Assembly (NCBI RefSeq): GCF_009914755.1 | Contig: NC_060928.1 | DNA length: 64,000 nucleotides | Direction: 5' to 3' (one strand) | Origin: the human T2T-CHM13v2.0 reference genome, Homo sapiens | Shown here: positions 26,160-39,463 of the stretch, one piece after another | How positions within the stretch are numbered: the first letter of the stretch is position 1 | Layout of the letters: each line of letters opens with the position of its first letter | Position numbers and translations under genes: made by a program | Notes under the pieces: model-generated | The model's database searches: none | Seen by the model: the letters and a program-made list of their open reading frames with translations, nothing else | Told to the model about the DNA's origin: nothing

Positions 26160-27184
26160 TTATAATTTGGCATGTTTTTGCAGTGGCTGGTACCAGTTGT
26201 TCCTTTCCATGTTTAGTGCTTCCTTCAGGAGCTCTTGTAAGGCAGGCCTGGTGGTGACAAAATCTCTCAGCATTTGCTTGTCTGTAAAGGATTTTATTTC
26301 TCCTTCACTTATGAAGCTTAGTTTGGCTGGATATGAAATTCTGGGTTGAAAATTCTTTTCTTTAAGAATATTGAATATTGGCCCCCACTCTCTTCTGGCT
26401 TGTACGGTTTCTGCTGAGAGATCCGCTGTTAGTCTGATGGGCTTCCCTTGATCGGTAACGCGATCTTTCTCTCTGGCTGCCCTTAACATTTTTTCGTCAT
26501 TTCAGCCTTGGTGAATCTGACAATCATGTGTCTCAGGGTTGCTCTTCTCGAGTAGTATCTTTGTGGCATTCTCTGTATTTCCTGAATTTGAATGTTGGCC
26601 TGTCTTTCTAGCTTGGAGAAGTTCTCCTGGATAATATCCTGAAGAGTGTTTTCTAACTTGGTTTCATTCTCCCTGTCACTTTCAGGTACACCAATCAAAC
26701 GTAGGTTTGGTATTTTCACATAGTCCCATATTTCTTGGAGGCTTTGTTTGTTCCTTTTCATTCTTTTTTCTCTAGTCTTGTCCTCTCATTTTATTTCATT
26801 AAGTTGATCTTCAATCATTGATATCCTTCCTTCTGCTTGATGGATTCAGCTATTGATACTTGTGTATGCTTCACGAAGTTCTTGTGCTGTGTTTTTCAGC
26901 TCCGTCAGGTCATTTATGTTCTTCTGTAAACTGGTTATTCTAGTTAGCAATTCATCTAACCTTTTTTCAAGGTTCTTAGCTTCCTTGCATTGGGTTAGAA
27001 CATGCTCTTTTAGCTCAGAGGAGTTTGTTATTACCCACCTTCTAAAGCCTACTTCTGTCAGTTCGTCAAACTCATTCTCTGTCCAGTTTTGTTCTCTTGC
27101 TGGCAAGGAGTTGTGATCCTTTGGAGGAGAAGAGACGTTCTGGTTTTTGGAATTTTCAGCCTTTTTGCGCTGGTTTCTCCCCAT
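26160..27184 (-). pseudogene. L1 ORF1p (RNA-binding protein), disrupted
   Basis: Three ORF pieces: MGRNQRKK..., QSLQEIWDYVK..., IRLTADLSAET...RISYPAKLSF. Confidence 0.93.
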
Positions 27185-28509
27185 CTTTGTGAATTTATCC
27201 ATCTTTGGTCTTTGATGTTGGTGACCTTCGGATGGTGTCTTTGAGTGGATGTATTATTCCTTTCTGTTTGTTAGTTTTCCTTCTAACAGGCTCCTCTGCT
27301 GCAGATCTGCTGGAGTTTGCTGGAGGTCCACTCCCGACCCCGTTTGCCTGGGTATCACCAGCAGAGGCTGCAGAACGGCAAAGATTGCTGCCTGTTCTTT
27401 CCTCTGGAAGCTTCATCCCAGCAGGGCACCTGCCAGATGCCAGCCAGAGCTCCTGTCTGAGGTGTCTGTCAGCCCCTACTGGGAGGTATCTCCCAGTCAG
27501 GATACACAGGGGTCAGGGACCCACTTGAGGAGGCAGTCTGACTCTTAGCAGAGCTTGAACGTTGTGCTGGGAGATCTGCTGCTCTCTTCAGAGCTGTCAG
27601 GCAGGAACGTTTAAGTCTGCCGAAGCTGCACCCACAGCCACCCCTTCCCCCAGGTGCTCAGTCCCAGGGAGATGGGGGTTTTATCTATAAGTCCCTGACT
27701 AGAGCTGCTGCCTTTTTTTCAGAGATGCCCTGCCCAGAGAGGAGAAATCTGGCAGTCTGGCCACAGCAGCCTTGCTGAGCTGCAGTGGGCTCTGCCCAGT
27801 TCCAACTTCCTGGCTGCTTTGTTTACACTGTGAGCAGAAAACTGCCTACTCAAGCATCAGCAATGGCGGACGCCCCTCCCCCCACCAAGCTCAAGCGTCC
27901 CAGGTGGATCTCAGATTGCTGCTGTGTTGGCAGTGAGAATTTCAAGCCAGTGGATCTTAGTTTGCTGGGTTCTGTGGGGATGGGACCCACTGAGCCAGAC
28001 CACTTGGCTCCCTGGCTTTAGCACCCCTTTCCAGGGGAGTGAACAGTTCTGTCTCGCTAGCATTCCAGGTGCCACTGGGGTATGAAAAAAAAAAACAAAA
28101 AAACTCCTGCAGCTAGTTTGGTGTCTGCCCAAACGGCCGCCCAGTTCTGTACTTGAAACCCAGTGCCCTGGTGGAGTAGGCACCAGAGGGAATCTCCTGG
28201 TCTGTGGGTTGCGAAGACCAGGGGACAAGTGCAGTATCTGGGCCAGAATGTGCATGGCTCCTCAGGCTCAGTCCCTCATGGCTTCCCTGGGGTAGGGGAG
28301 AAAAATTCCTCTACCCTTTGCGCTTCCGGGGTCAGCCAACGCCCCACCTTGCTTTGGTTCACCCTCCATGGGCTGCACCCACTGTCCAACCAGTCCCAAT
28401 GAGATGAACTGGGTACCTCGGTTGGAAATGCAGAAGTCACCCACCTTTTGCGTCGATCTTGCTGGGAGCTGCAGACCAGAGCTGTTCCTATTCGGCCATC
28501 TTGCCAGCA
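27185..28509 (-). promoter_or_regulatory. L1 5'UTR (internal sense promoter and antisense promoter region)
   Basis: YY1 core (AAGATGGCC on -) at ~28494-28502; GC-rich but CpG-depleted relative to young L1s. Confidence 0.8.
27863..28021 (+). pseudogene. L1 ORF0-like antisense ORF, 52 codons
   Basis: GCAATGG Kozak context; MADAPPPTKLKRPRWISDCC resembles the primate L1 ORF0 N-terminus (MAGAPPP...ISDCC). Confidence 0.65.
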
Positions 28510-28756
28510 ATGATCTCATTCTTTTTTATGGCTGCATAGTATTTCATGGTGTGTGCATATACACACACACTCATATATATTTTATACACACACACACACG
28601 CCCCACATTTTCTTTATCCAGTCGTTTGTTGATGGACACTTAGGTAGGTTCCATGACTTTGCTATTGTGAATAGTGCTATAATAAACATGCAAGTGCAGG
28701 TATCTTTTTAATATAATGATTTCTTTTCCTTTGGGTAGATGCCCAGTGGTGGGATT
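28510..28756 (-). mobile_element. L1MA proximal part (continuation of 21692-22037)
   Basis: atgatctcattcttttttatggctgcatag...gggtagatgcccagtggtgggatt continues the host L1. Confidence 0.88.
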
Positions 28757-29639
28757 AAGCTTAATCCTAATGGCAAAATAGAAGTTAGTCAGGTGGGGAT
28801 GGCAAGTAGAAGAAATGTTGGGCAAAGGAGACTATGAACAAAGTAAGAAACAGCATGATATGTGCAGGCACCTGAGGGTAAAGTGTGAGACCAAAGGTGG
28901 TAGAAAGTGAGGTGTGAGAGGAAAGCAGGGATGGGGAAGCTGAAATGGGATTTTGTAAGGAAGAGGTTTTCAGCCTGGGAGTCCTAACTCACTGGGGTGC
29001 AGCCAAACAATGTGTTACTAATAATAAAGTGTTAGGTTTGTAATGGCTTTACTCCTTTAGAAACCTAAATTAGAGCAGATTCAAGGTTATCCCTAGAATA
29101 TGGTGACTGTCCCCCACTGGCATTCCATATGCTTTCTTGAGAGAGAGAAAGGGATGGAGCGAGGGCTAGAAGCCAGTGCTTGAGCATAACTCTTTGTTCA
29201 CCTTATCCAAGCAGCAAGCTAGTGGCTACAGTAGTAACAAACTGCTGCTGTGCTTTACTTCCTTACCAGGGCTTTCAGGTTTCATGAAATCTAAGTGTAC
29301 CCAGAAGACAGTACACCTCTGTGCAAGCACATCGCCCATCTTGATAGTCACAGAGGATGGCAGCTGCGTAAAATGGGGAGCCATGGAAATGTTTCCATGC
29401 TGTGGGCTGTGTGCATTTTGTGGTGGCTCCTCTGGCTCCAGTGATTGAACATCCTGTGGGTATGGAAATCTCTGCTGCACACTCCCAGTGTACTTATATT
29501 TCAAATCAACTATATGCTTATTGCTCCACTAATATATTATATCTATTTAAAAACATTGTCCAAAATATAAACAGTAAAAGGATAAAATAGAAAAGGGATT
29601 AAAGCATTTAAAATAATTTTATTTACTTATAATAGACAA

Positions 29640-30340
29640 ACCTAATGATTGAATACACCTAATTATTCTGTTTAAGTTTTGGTTTAATACTTGCAATACA
29701 GTGATTTGCAGGTCTTGTTCTCAGTGTATTTCAGTTCTTGCTTGTAGTGGCTGATATAGCTGGAAAAGGCCTTATAAAGATATGGAACTCCAAATGGAAG
29801 CACACTTACTAATCATGAGACTCCGTGCTCAATTCTATTAGTAATGACACAAATGTCTTTGATGAAATTCAAGTTGGTAAATATGTTTCATCCCTGATAT
29901 CAATCAGTTGTTCTTGCAGGCTAACTGGAAGAGATATGTACTTTTTGTCGTGTTAACAAATAGTTGCCGTTATCTGCTGAACCTCTTTTCTAAAAAACGT
30001 AAAATAGGTTAGTAAATGCCAAGCTTTTAAAGTGTTCTGATACCCATGTGTGTACACATGACCCCCTTACGTTATTTTTGGCAATAAAATCACAAGATGA
30101 TGGAACCATTTTTAAACATCTATTTTTAAAGTTCTCTTCGATAGGGGTTTCTTTTGAAAAGTAGTTATTTTTTCATTCATTGTTAAAATGTTATCTTTAC
30201 CTTGAGGAAACTGAGTAAGTGTATTTATTTTTTAAAAAACAACTGCAAGATAGCATACTGAGGATTCATCAAAGAAAAGGGCAGCATATGTGGAAGAAAA
30301 AATATGCCTCTTACTTAAATTTGGCAATTTGAAAATTGGC
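29640..30340 (-). mobile_element. Degenerate hAT-Charlie (Buster-type) transposase C-terminal fragment
   Basis: Manual minus-strand translation across frameshifts gives CYLAVVFKK/INTLTQFPQGKDNILTMNEKITTFQKK and an LPFG...YL...FSA segment, resembling Charlie transposase motifs and the hAT dimerisation domain. Confidence 0.65.
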
Positions 30341-30680
30341 CTGATTGGATTTTGGAACGAGTGAGAGAAGGGAGTCCAGGATAAATTCCTAGCTTTCTAG
30401 CTTGGACAACTGCTTGAATGGTGGTGTCACCAAATGAAGTAGAGAGAGGAAGAAAACAGGAGCCAGTTTAAGAAGATGATGAAAAAACAAGTTGAACTGG
30501 TAGTTGATGAGTTCAAGTGCCCACAGGACTTCCTGCTATTATTTCATGCCTGACATACTGAAAATCAAACTCATCCTTGGCTTTATGTCCTGAATTTACA
30601 TTTTCTCTCTGTTCTCCTATCTCTGTCCATGGCACCAACCTCTCTAGGTACTTAAGGGTAAACATGTTGGAGCCATATAT

Positions 30681-31507
30681 TGAAACGGGAAAGGTTCCCT
30701 TGTCCCCCTTGCAGGGCGTGCAAGGGGCGTGTGGCTTGCTTCTTCAGTGCCCCGCTCCTCAGAGCTCTAGGGGAGCATACAGACTGGCAGGCTGTGGGGC
30801 TCCGACCCCACGGCAGTGTCTAGGGGTAAATGTTTACAGCTCCTCAAGCCCCAGTGGGCATGTGTTAAAGGGTGCTCTCTTAGTTTGCCGTCTATAGGCA
30901 GCTTGCGTTAACCAGCTCGATGAACCTTGTGGCAAGGGCAGAGGGATTTCCATATCCCAGGGTTTCTTGCCTTGATGTACCGGAAGAATCGGATCACACA
31001 TGGGCTTGGAGAATGAATGCAAGGTTTTATTGAGTAGAAGTAGCTCTTCGCTGATGGACAAGCCAGAAGGGAGATAGTTTTCCCCTGGAGTTGGGCCGCT
31101 GGGTGCCCTTGCTCTCCTCAGAGTGCCCTGGCTAAGCTCCACCTCGACCTGCAAGTCGATGGCCTGCAGTGTCTGTCGGTGTGCTCTTCTGCCAGCATGC
31201 TCCCCTCGATGTCCTCTCGCCATCCAGCCACTTGTGCCTACTTCCAATGACGTGTTCCTCTCGACGTCCAGCCACCTCTCTCTGCCTCGCTAGGGTCTCA
31301 GGTTTTTGTAGGCCCAGGATGGGGGTGTGGTGGGCCAGGGTGATCTTGGGAAATGTAACATTTGGGCACATAGGCAGAAGTGCCTGTCCTCACCAAGGTC
31401 TGTGGGGGTGAAGCCCTAGCCAGGGACCCGCCCTCCTCTACCCAGCACTTCCCTGTCCCTCTTCCGTATCGTTTAAAGGGAACACACTCTTCCCTTCCCA
31501 GCACTCC
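30681..31507 (-). mobile_element. ERV1 solo LTR (LTR1/LTR27/LTR28 group)
   Basis: tgaaacgggaaaggttcccttgtcccc terminus; AATAAA on - at 31026-31031; duplicated agtgctggg 5' motif; partly CpG-retaining. Confidence 0.8.
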
Positions 31508-31559
31508 TGATTCATCCTTCTGTTTCCTTCTCTATCCAATGAGTAACTGAGGACTTTCC

Positions 31560-31985
31560 AGTTTTATTTGTTCCTTCTATATGTATTTATTGAGCACCTC
31601 CTGTGTGCCAGGTACTCATCTAGGCCCTGGGAATGTAAGTGGGCAGAAGACAGACAGAGTGCTGGTTGTCATGGAGCTTATATTCCAGGTGGAGAAAATA
31701 GATGATAAATAAATATGTAAACATGTAAATAAGAAACTCATGAAATTTTGTTAAGTGCTCAGTAAAGAATTGAAGCAAAGTCATATAATGCTGCCTGGAT
31801 GGCGCTATAGATGGGGTGGGCACAGAAAAGCTCTCTGAGGTGGTGCCATTGAATGGTGAGCTCTGAGTCCATGTACTATCAGGGGAAAGATCTTTTCGGG
31901 CAGAAGGGCCCAAGCTCTCCATGAGCACAGTGAGTTGTAGGAACAACGGGAAAGCCAGGATGGCTAAGGCTTGGTGGTGGTGGAG
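31560..31985 (-). mobile_element. L2 3' end
   Basis: tatttattgagcacctcctgtgtgccaggtact. Confidence 0.8.
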
Positions 31986-32300
31986 TGACCCAAAAGTTAT
32001 GGCTTTTCTTGAATCACTGCTACTCTGTTCCCATGCTCACCACTTCATGCCTGGCCTGTTAAAATGTCCTTTAATTTCTCCCCACCTTAACTCTCTCCTT
32101 GAAATTATTTTGCACATGAGTACCTGGTTTGCCTTCACTATGCCGTGATAAAAAGCCATCAGTAGCTGGAAGCTGTAGGTTGGCCTTTGGGGGTCAGGAA
32201 CACACATACACAGCTCTTCAACTGGGGCTCCTGTGAGGTTTCCAAGAGGCTTCGGGAGGAAATGAAGTCTCTTGTTACCCTCTCATGTTTACCCACCCTA

Positions 32301-32860
32301 CATATTGGTTTTCAATTACTCTTGTAACAAATGACTACAAACTTCGTGGCTTAAAACAGCATGGATTTATTCCCTTACAGTTCTGGGGCCAGACATCTGA
32401 AGTGGGTCTTATTAGGCTTAGAAGCAATGTCCTCAGGACTGTGCTTCTTTCAGTAGGCTCTGTGGGAGAATCTGTTTCCTTACCTTTCCCACCTCTAGAG
32501 GCTGCCTGCGTTTCTTAGCCATGGCCCCTTCCTGCATCTTTAAAGCCAGCAGGGCAGCCTCTTCCAGTCTCTCTCTGACTCTGACCCTCACTCTCTTGCT
32601 TCCTACTTTCACTTATAAGGACCCTTGTGATCACGTTGGGGCATCTGGATAATCCAGAACAGGAAAATCTCCCCATCTCAAGGTTAACCACTGATTAGTA
32701 ACAATATACTTCATATATATGAACAGAAATGTACATATGTATACATGTCTATGTTATATTACCATATAAATATCATATCTCATGTGCAAAAAGAATGCAT
32801 TCACAGGTTCTGAGGATTGGGATGTGGGCATCTTTAGGGGTTCATTATTCTACCTAGCAC
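32301..32860 (-). mobile_element. MLT1C/D LTR
   Basis: gtaacaaatgactacaaacttcgtggcttaaaacagc...cacttataaggacccttgtgat. Confidence 0.82.
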
Positions 32861-34394
32861 ATCCTGCTTCTTTGATGTATTGGGTTTTATCAGATATTTG
32901 TGGCTCATAAGGACTTCCTTCAAATGGAAAGGCCACTACTAAGACTAAGAGGAGGCCTATCATGGAATCTCAGTAGGAGATTGCTTTGACTTTGTGAACA
33001 CGGTGGAGCTCTGCCCATCAATGAGGCAGGATTACTTGCTTTTCCTGCAAGGGCAGCTGAATGTGGGATGGTGGGAATAGCAGTAGCTATTCCCTTGTAT
33101 ATTCTATCCAAGGCTATTGGCTATTCTATGCTTTGGGTAGAACTCGAACAGCAGAGAATATTTATTTATCTCATTTATTTTCTATCCTGATGGAGAGGTG
33201 GATGAGTTGGCCTTTAAGGTGCCCCCAGTCTTGAGAGTTTATTATTTTCCTGTCTGATGAGATGGCCTCCAAGACAAAATGAATGGCTGAGGGATATGGA
33301 ATAGGAAATCACGTTAGGTAGCATAAGTGCTAACCTCTTGAAAGAGATTATTAAATTTAATTAGTGGACATATTCTGTCTGCTCCACACTTGAGAATTTA
33401 TAGGAAAAGAGATACCAGAACGCTCCTTAGTGAGACATTCTTTTGTTGTCTTCAACCTCTAAGTAATGTCTACCTGCCAGAAAAGCTATTCTTTGGCAGG
33501 AAATGCAAGTAAAATCCCATTATATTGATCTCCATTGGACAATGACCATATGTACTGAATTTCTGGAATAGTTCTCATTTCATGTATTTTATTCTTTTCA
33601 ATAAGGAATTAATTAAATGTATAACTAAATGTAATTTAATTTTATATCTTGGTAAGACATTTCATACAAATAATTTCACAAATCAGGAAAAGATTTTCTG
33701 TCTTTATCTTAGTTTTTATTTTGGGCAAATGCAATTGAACATCTATTTTCCTGGTGGTGAAATTTTTTGCCTGGATAATTATACTGCTACAAAACACCCG
33801 TCATCTGTGGAGCTAAAGACAAACAAAACTTATTTCCAGTCTCTGTGTATAAGCAGCAAATTTGTACCTGGTAATAAATTTACTTTGAAAAAAGTAAAAG
33901 AAATGAAAAAAAAAGAAATGCTAAGAATAATGACATCCAATGTGTATCAAATACTCACCATAATGTAGGCACTGGAATAAGTACTTTACATGTATAGCTT
34001 TGTTTCAGTTTTAAAAATGAAAGCTCTGTGAAGTAAATATGTTCTCCCTGCCCTTATTGTAGAGGTGGAGGCTGATAGGGCACTTGGAGCAAAGTTGTCC
34101 TAACAATGTACAGAGTTAGAAAGGAGAGAATTGATATTTGGGTTAATTCACTGCGTCAACCCCAAGCCTTTCTTCCTCTAAGCATCCTAGGGATAGATAG
34201 GTAGGTTTTGAGGGAGGAGGTGTGGTTGGGGTGACTGAAGTGGAATTACGGTGATGGTCTATGAGAATTAGAGCCCTTGGACTACAGAGAGAACCAAGAG
34301 TTTCTCAGCAGATCAGGTTCCAAGAACCTCGATGTCTGGGGCTGCAGAGTTCTTGCTTTGACGTCTTCTGTGATAAAGATCTGGTCAGTCATTC

Positions 34395-35500
34395 CAATCT
34401 GCCCTATTCCAGAAAATGGCTCACCATCCATGCAGCCACTGAAACCTAAGCTAGGAGTCATCTGAAATTCTTTTTTTTCCACCTCAAATCCTATGCATCA
34501 GCAAGTTCTGGGCTGTCCTACTACAAAATACATCTAGAATCTGGTTCTTCTATTGTCTTAAGTTTGTTTGTGCAGCTAAAACAAAAGACTACAGTTTGAG
34601 CAGCTTATAAACAATAAACATTTATTTCTCATGGTTCTAGAGGCTGGAAGTCCTGCATCAAGGTGCCAGTAGATTTGGTTAGGGCCCACTTTCTGATTCA
34701 TGGATGGCACCTTCTTGCTGCTTCCTCACCTGGTGGAACAGGCAAACGAGCCCCTCAGGCTCTTTTATAAGAGCACTAATACCATTTATGAGAGCTCCCC
34801 ACTCATGACCTAATCACCTCCTAAAGGCCTTACCTCTTAATATGATCATATTGGGGATTGGATTTCAATGTATGAATTTTGGGGGCCACAAACATTTGGA
34901 CTGTAACATCTGTCCATCCTAATGACTGTCACCCTCCCAAAGGTTCATCTGCTCTCTCTCCTGAACTACCACAACAGCTTCCTAACCAGCCTCCCTGCTT
35001 CCACACAATCCCACCCCAAAGTCATCTTCTAAAAACATAAATCAGATCAAGCTCTCCTCTGCTTGACCTTTGTCAACATCTTCCTTGTGCCCTTAGAATA
35101 AAAGCCCCACCTCCTAGCATGGCTCACAGGCCCCAAATGAACTGGATCCTGTCTGTGTCTCTAAACTCATATTGTATCCCCTAGGTTCTTTTCCACCTCA
35201 GGGCCCCCACCATCCCCTCTACTGAAATCACCTTCTTCCTTAGGTATTTAACATTAGCTCTTCAAGAGGGCCTCAGACAAGCATGCCTCCACGTGCATCC
35301 CTCAAATACTCTGTCACATAACCCCTTCCATTTTTTATGTGGCAGTTATTGCAATCTGTTATTATTTTGTTTGTAAGTTGGTTGTTCTTTTGTTTATCTC
35401 TCCCACTAGAGGGCTGGACATCATCTGCCTGAATCCTCAGAGCCTAGCACAGTGCCTGACAAATTAGGGGTTCATTGATTATTTGTGAAATAAATTATAG
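34395..35500 (+). mobile_element. L2 fragments split by MLT1A
   Basis: cctagcacagtgcctgac terminus; aaacataaatcagatca. Confidence 0.6.
34553..34908 (-). mobile_element. MLT1A-like LTR
   Basis: catttatttctcatggttctagaggctggaagtcc...catgacctaatcacctcctaaagg. Confidence 0.85.
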
Positions 35501-37209
35501 AATGCATCATGATGATTTTTTGAAGTATTATTATGCTCTTAAGGACAGGTGCATATATTGGATGCACTTTGGTATGTCTGTCCAGCTTGTAATAACACTC
35601 TTAATTGGGTGCCTGGAGTCAGAGGAAATGGCCCCCAGGAACATCTAGGTGCATGTGCCCCTGACCTCTGGCTCCAGTGGATTGGCAGCTGACCCAGATG
35701 GGGTCAACTGAAATTGCAACTCTGGTAATTTGCATTTGGGACTGGAGAGAAGTATGGTTGGACTATGAGTCCTCAGGAGACCTGGGGCAGTCATGAGCTC
35801 TGCTCTATGGGCTGGGACCAGAGAAGGCTGGTGAGCAGAGGAAGAGAGGAGACTGAGCAGATGTGCAAAGAGAAAGGGTGACGTGAGACCCAGGGAGACA
35901 GTTGGGATGGATTTCCAGTATCTTCTTGCTGCTCATCTGACCTCCTAGCCTTGGGTTGAGGAAAATATCACCTCCCTGCCCTCCAAATGCCATTCCGGGG
36001 TAAAGCCAGTGTGTTAAGGACGCTTCGGTCCATTTGACACTTTGTGAAAACAAATTCACCATTTCCATGTTGGTTCTGCTTCAGCACACATTGCTCCGTG
36101 CCACTTTCACCTCATGTGATGATAGATGGCTTGCTCTTGAGCTGGAAACTGTGTGTAAGTGACAAGGTTTCTTGAAAAAGAAAATGGAGAAAAAGAAGTG
36201 AGAGGTGAACATCTCTGTGGCATCCCCTGTAAGGAGAGAGGGCCGTGAGCTATGAAAAAGCAGGTGCAGTAAGCCGGGGAGCTGGGAACGGGAGACTCAG
36301 AGAATATAAAATGTCTGGTTACAAGATATGAGTTTCGAAGCAGCAGAGTGAATCTCCTCAGGTGATGGATCATTATGCTGAAATCAGTCTTCACAATGGA
36401 AGACAATGTTAGCAAAAATGAAATATTCCCTCTGAACCAGGGGTTTAAAGTATAGTAGGCCACTCCATGGTAGTGACAATCAATGTCAACTCAGTTTAAG
36501 ACCATACAATCTTCTCTTAGCCTGACCTCATTAAACCTGATACTAATGAGAGACTAAAGTCCAACAGCCATGCATGGGAGTTTAATATTGCTACAATCAC
36601 AGCGATTCAAAAGTCCTTTATCAGCAAAGGCATGGGGAAAAACATGTTGGCTTCTCAGCATTGCAACCGGCTGTAAAGTATCTCTCAACGAGTCCACCAA
36701 GGTGTGAACATCAAAAGCCCAGCAGGAGCTATTTATATTGGAAGATTATTAGGCATTAGCCGCACAGAGGAATTGCCTCAGAAAATGCTGCGCCTGACTA
36801 GATACTTCCATGGTAAAACCCAGAAAACACTGAGCTCTCCAGAATAATTTTCATTCTTACAAGAACGTGCACCTCTGCTTGGAGTGTCATCTCTCCTGCC
36901 ATGTGTGCCTGGACAGGCTGGGGAGGGAAAGTGGACTCCAAGGACATGGGGGAGTTGAATATCAGTTAGTTTTGTACACATCAGCAGACCTCCTGCTACT
37001 TCCACAACAAGGACTTTTAAAACCTGAGGTAAGGCTGGTATATACAGTTCATGTGTGCTTATGAAGACGTGCACAAGCATGGCCTGGAGAAGCGTGGCCC
37101 CAGGAAAAGCTAGGCATCTGCTCTGGCATCCTGGCCCTGCTGGAATAATAGCCCCAAGTTTTGGCTGGGGCGAGTCTGTTTGCCAAAAGAGAGGTTTTAA
37201 GGCCTAGAG

Positions 37210-38945
37210 CAGTGTTTCCGAAACAGACCTCGACTGGGTGTTAGTATGTGTAAGGAGATAAAAGGATTACATGGGCAATGTCTGTGAGATACTGAGCTAA
37301 ATAAGTTAAATTAAAAATTAAAATGAATGCATGTAATATTAATGCATACAAAAAATTTACACACACACACACACACGCACGCGCACACACACACAATAAA
37401 GAACAATAAAAACCCAGCTTAACAAATACACTGCCAATCCCAGAGAATCCCCTGGTTGCCCCTTTCTGATTGTAGCCTCCTCTTTTCCCCAGAGTAATCA
37501 GTATTCTGAATTTTGTGTTTGAGTTTTGTTTTTCATAATGGTTCTACTATAGGTATATAAATATATATCGTTAAATAATATATTTTAAATTTGTATATGC
37601 TTTTGGGCTGGGCATGGTGCCTTATACATGTAATCTCAGCAAGGTGGGAGGATTGCTTGAGGCCAGGAGTTCAAGACCAGCCTGAGCAACTTAGTGAGAC
37701 CATATCTCTATAAAAAATTTTTGAAAAAATATTAGCCAGGCATGGTGGCACATGCCTGTAGTCCCAGGCTACTCAGGAGGCTGAGGAAGGAGGATCACTT
37801 GAGCCCAGGAGATCAAGGCTGCAGTGAGCCCAGATGGTGCCACTGTGCTCTAGCCTGGGTGACAGATCAAACCCTGTCTCAAAAAAAAAATTTTTTTAAA
37901 AAGCTTTTGAATTAGCTTTATAAAAAAGCATGCAGTGGATATTCTTCTAAGACTTGTCCTTTATTCCATTCTGTGTTTCTGGACTTCATCTCTGTTGATA
38001 AACATAGCTGTAGTTCATTTTCATTGCCATTATTCATTTTGTTTATGAACAATTCATTTGCCATTTAGTGTCTGATTAATATTATTTTGGCTTTGGTGTT
38101 TTGCCATCACAAACAATGGTACTAGGAACTTTCTGGTAAACGTTTTTTAGAGCACATGTACAAGAATTTCTCTAGGGTATGTATCAGTGGGTGTGAGGGT
38201 AGGTACATCTTCACCTTTATAGGATAAACCAAATTGTGATCCAAAGGGATGGTTCTAATTTTCATTCAGTCTAACAGGCTTTAAATGTCATTGCTCCGTA
38301 TCTGCGTCGACACTTGGCAGTGTCAGACTTGAATTTTTTGCCCATCTCATTGTGATTTTGGTTCTCACCTCCTTTATTACTAGTGAATTTCAGCATCTTT
38401 TCATATATTTATTGGTTGTTTGAGTTTCCTCTTCTGTAAATGCTATTATCCACATTCTTGCCCAATTTCTAACTGGGTTGTCTTTTCCTTATTGACTTTT
38501 AGGGGTTCTTTATGCTTTCTTCATTGTAATTCTTAAGTTACGTATTTGAAAAATTTTTTCTGTCAATTTGTGATTCATGTTTTCACTTTCTTAATGATGT
38601 TCTCTCATGAAGAGAAGTTTTACATTTTAATAGAGATGAATGTATCAATCTTTTATGTTATGGTTGTGCTTTTGGGGTCCAATTTAAGAAAGTTTCCCTA
38701 CAAGAGATTAAAAATATTGTCCTAAATGTTTTATAATCTTGCTTTTCCCACTAAGTCTCTAATCTCTGTTTTTGTGCGTAGATTTCTTTACAAACTCAGG
38801 ACTTCCCTCAGTTGCCAGTATGCATTGTGGACCCCCGCCCCCTGAAGGAAGACAGAATACAGCATTTTTCTGTTGTATTTGGCCTTGGATTTCTTTTTCA
38901 GAGGCATCTCTAGGGATATCTTAGAACATACTCTGGGAACCACTG
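37210..38945. mobile_element. MER103C-like hAT element (37210-37310 and 38785-38945) split by an L1ME 3' fragment (-, ~37315-38780)
   Basis: cagtgtttcc...taagttaaa on the left half and caggacttccctcag...ctctgggaaccactg on the right half, with antisense L1ME text between. Confidence 0.6.
37605..37890 (+). mobile_element. AluJ
   Basis: ggaggatcacttgagcccaggagatcaaggctgcagtgagc. Confidence 0.9.
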
Positions 38946-39135
38946 TTCTGTAGAGTAGAAAAAAATTAAAACTCACTTTCTACCTACATTCTTGACTGAT
39001 TCTGGGATCCTGAATCAATTGCTGGGTCAATCGTTTGTGATTTGTTTTACTTATTTTGAAAATAAAGACCTTATTACCTAAACTAAAAGATAAAAGACAA
39101 TATAATTATTAATATGCATAGAGAACAACAGCTAG

Positions 39136-39463
<328 letters not shown>

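Larger units (their letters stand above)
22038..28509 (-). mobile_element. Full-length inactivated LINE-1, L1PA7/L1PA8-type
   Basis: 5' end ggcaagatggccgaataggaacagctc, ORF1 start MGRNQRKKAENSKNQN, EN/RT fragments, 3'UTR and A-rich tail. Perfect TSD ATGATCTCATTCTTTTTT at 22020-22037 and 28510-28527. Confidence 0.96.

Noticed and set aside
22038-28509. L1 as an active, retrotransposition-competent element
   Set aside because: Both ORFs are fragmented, the ORF2 ATG is lost, and the subfamily is old.
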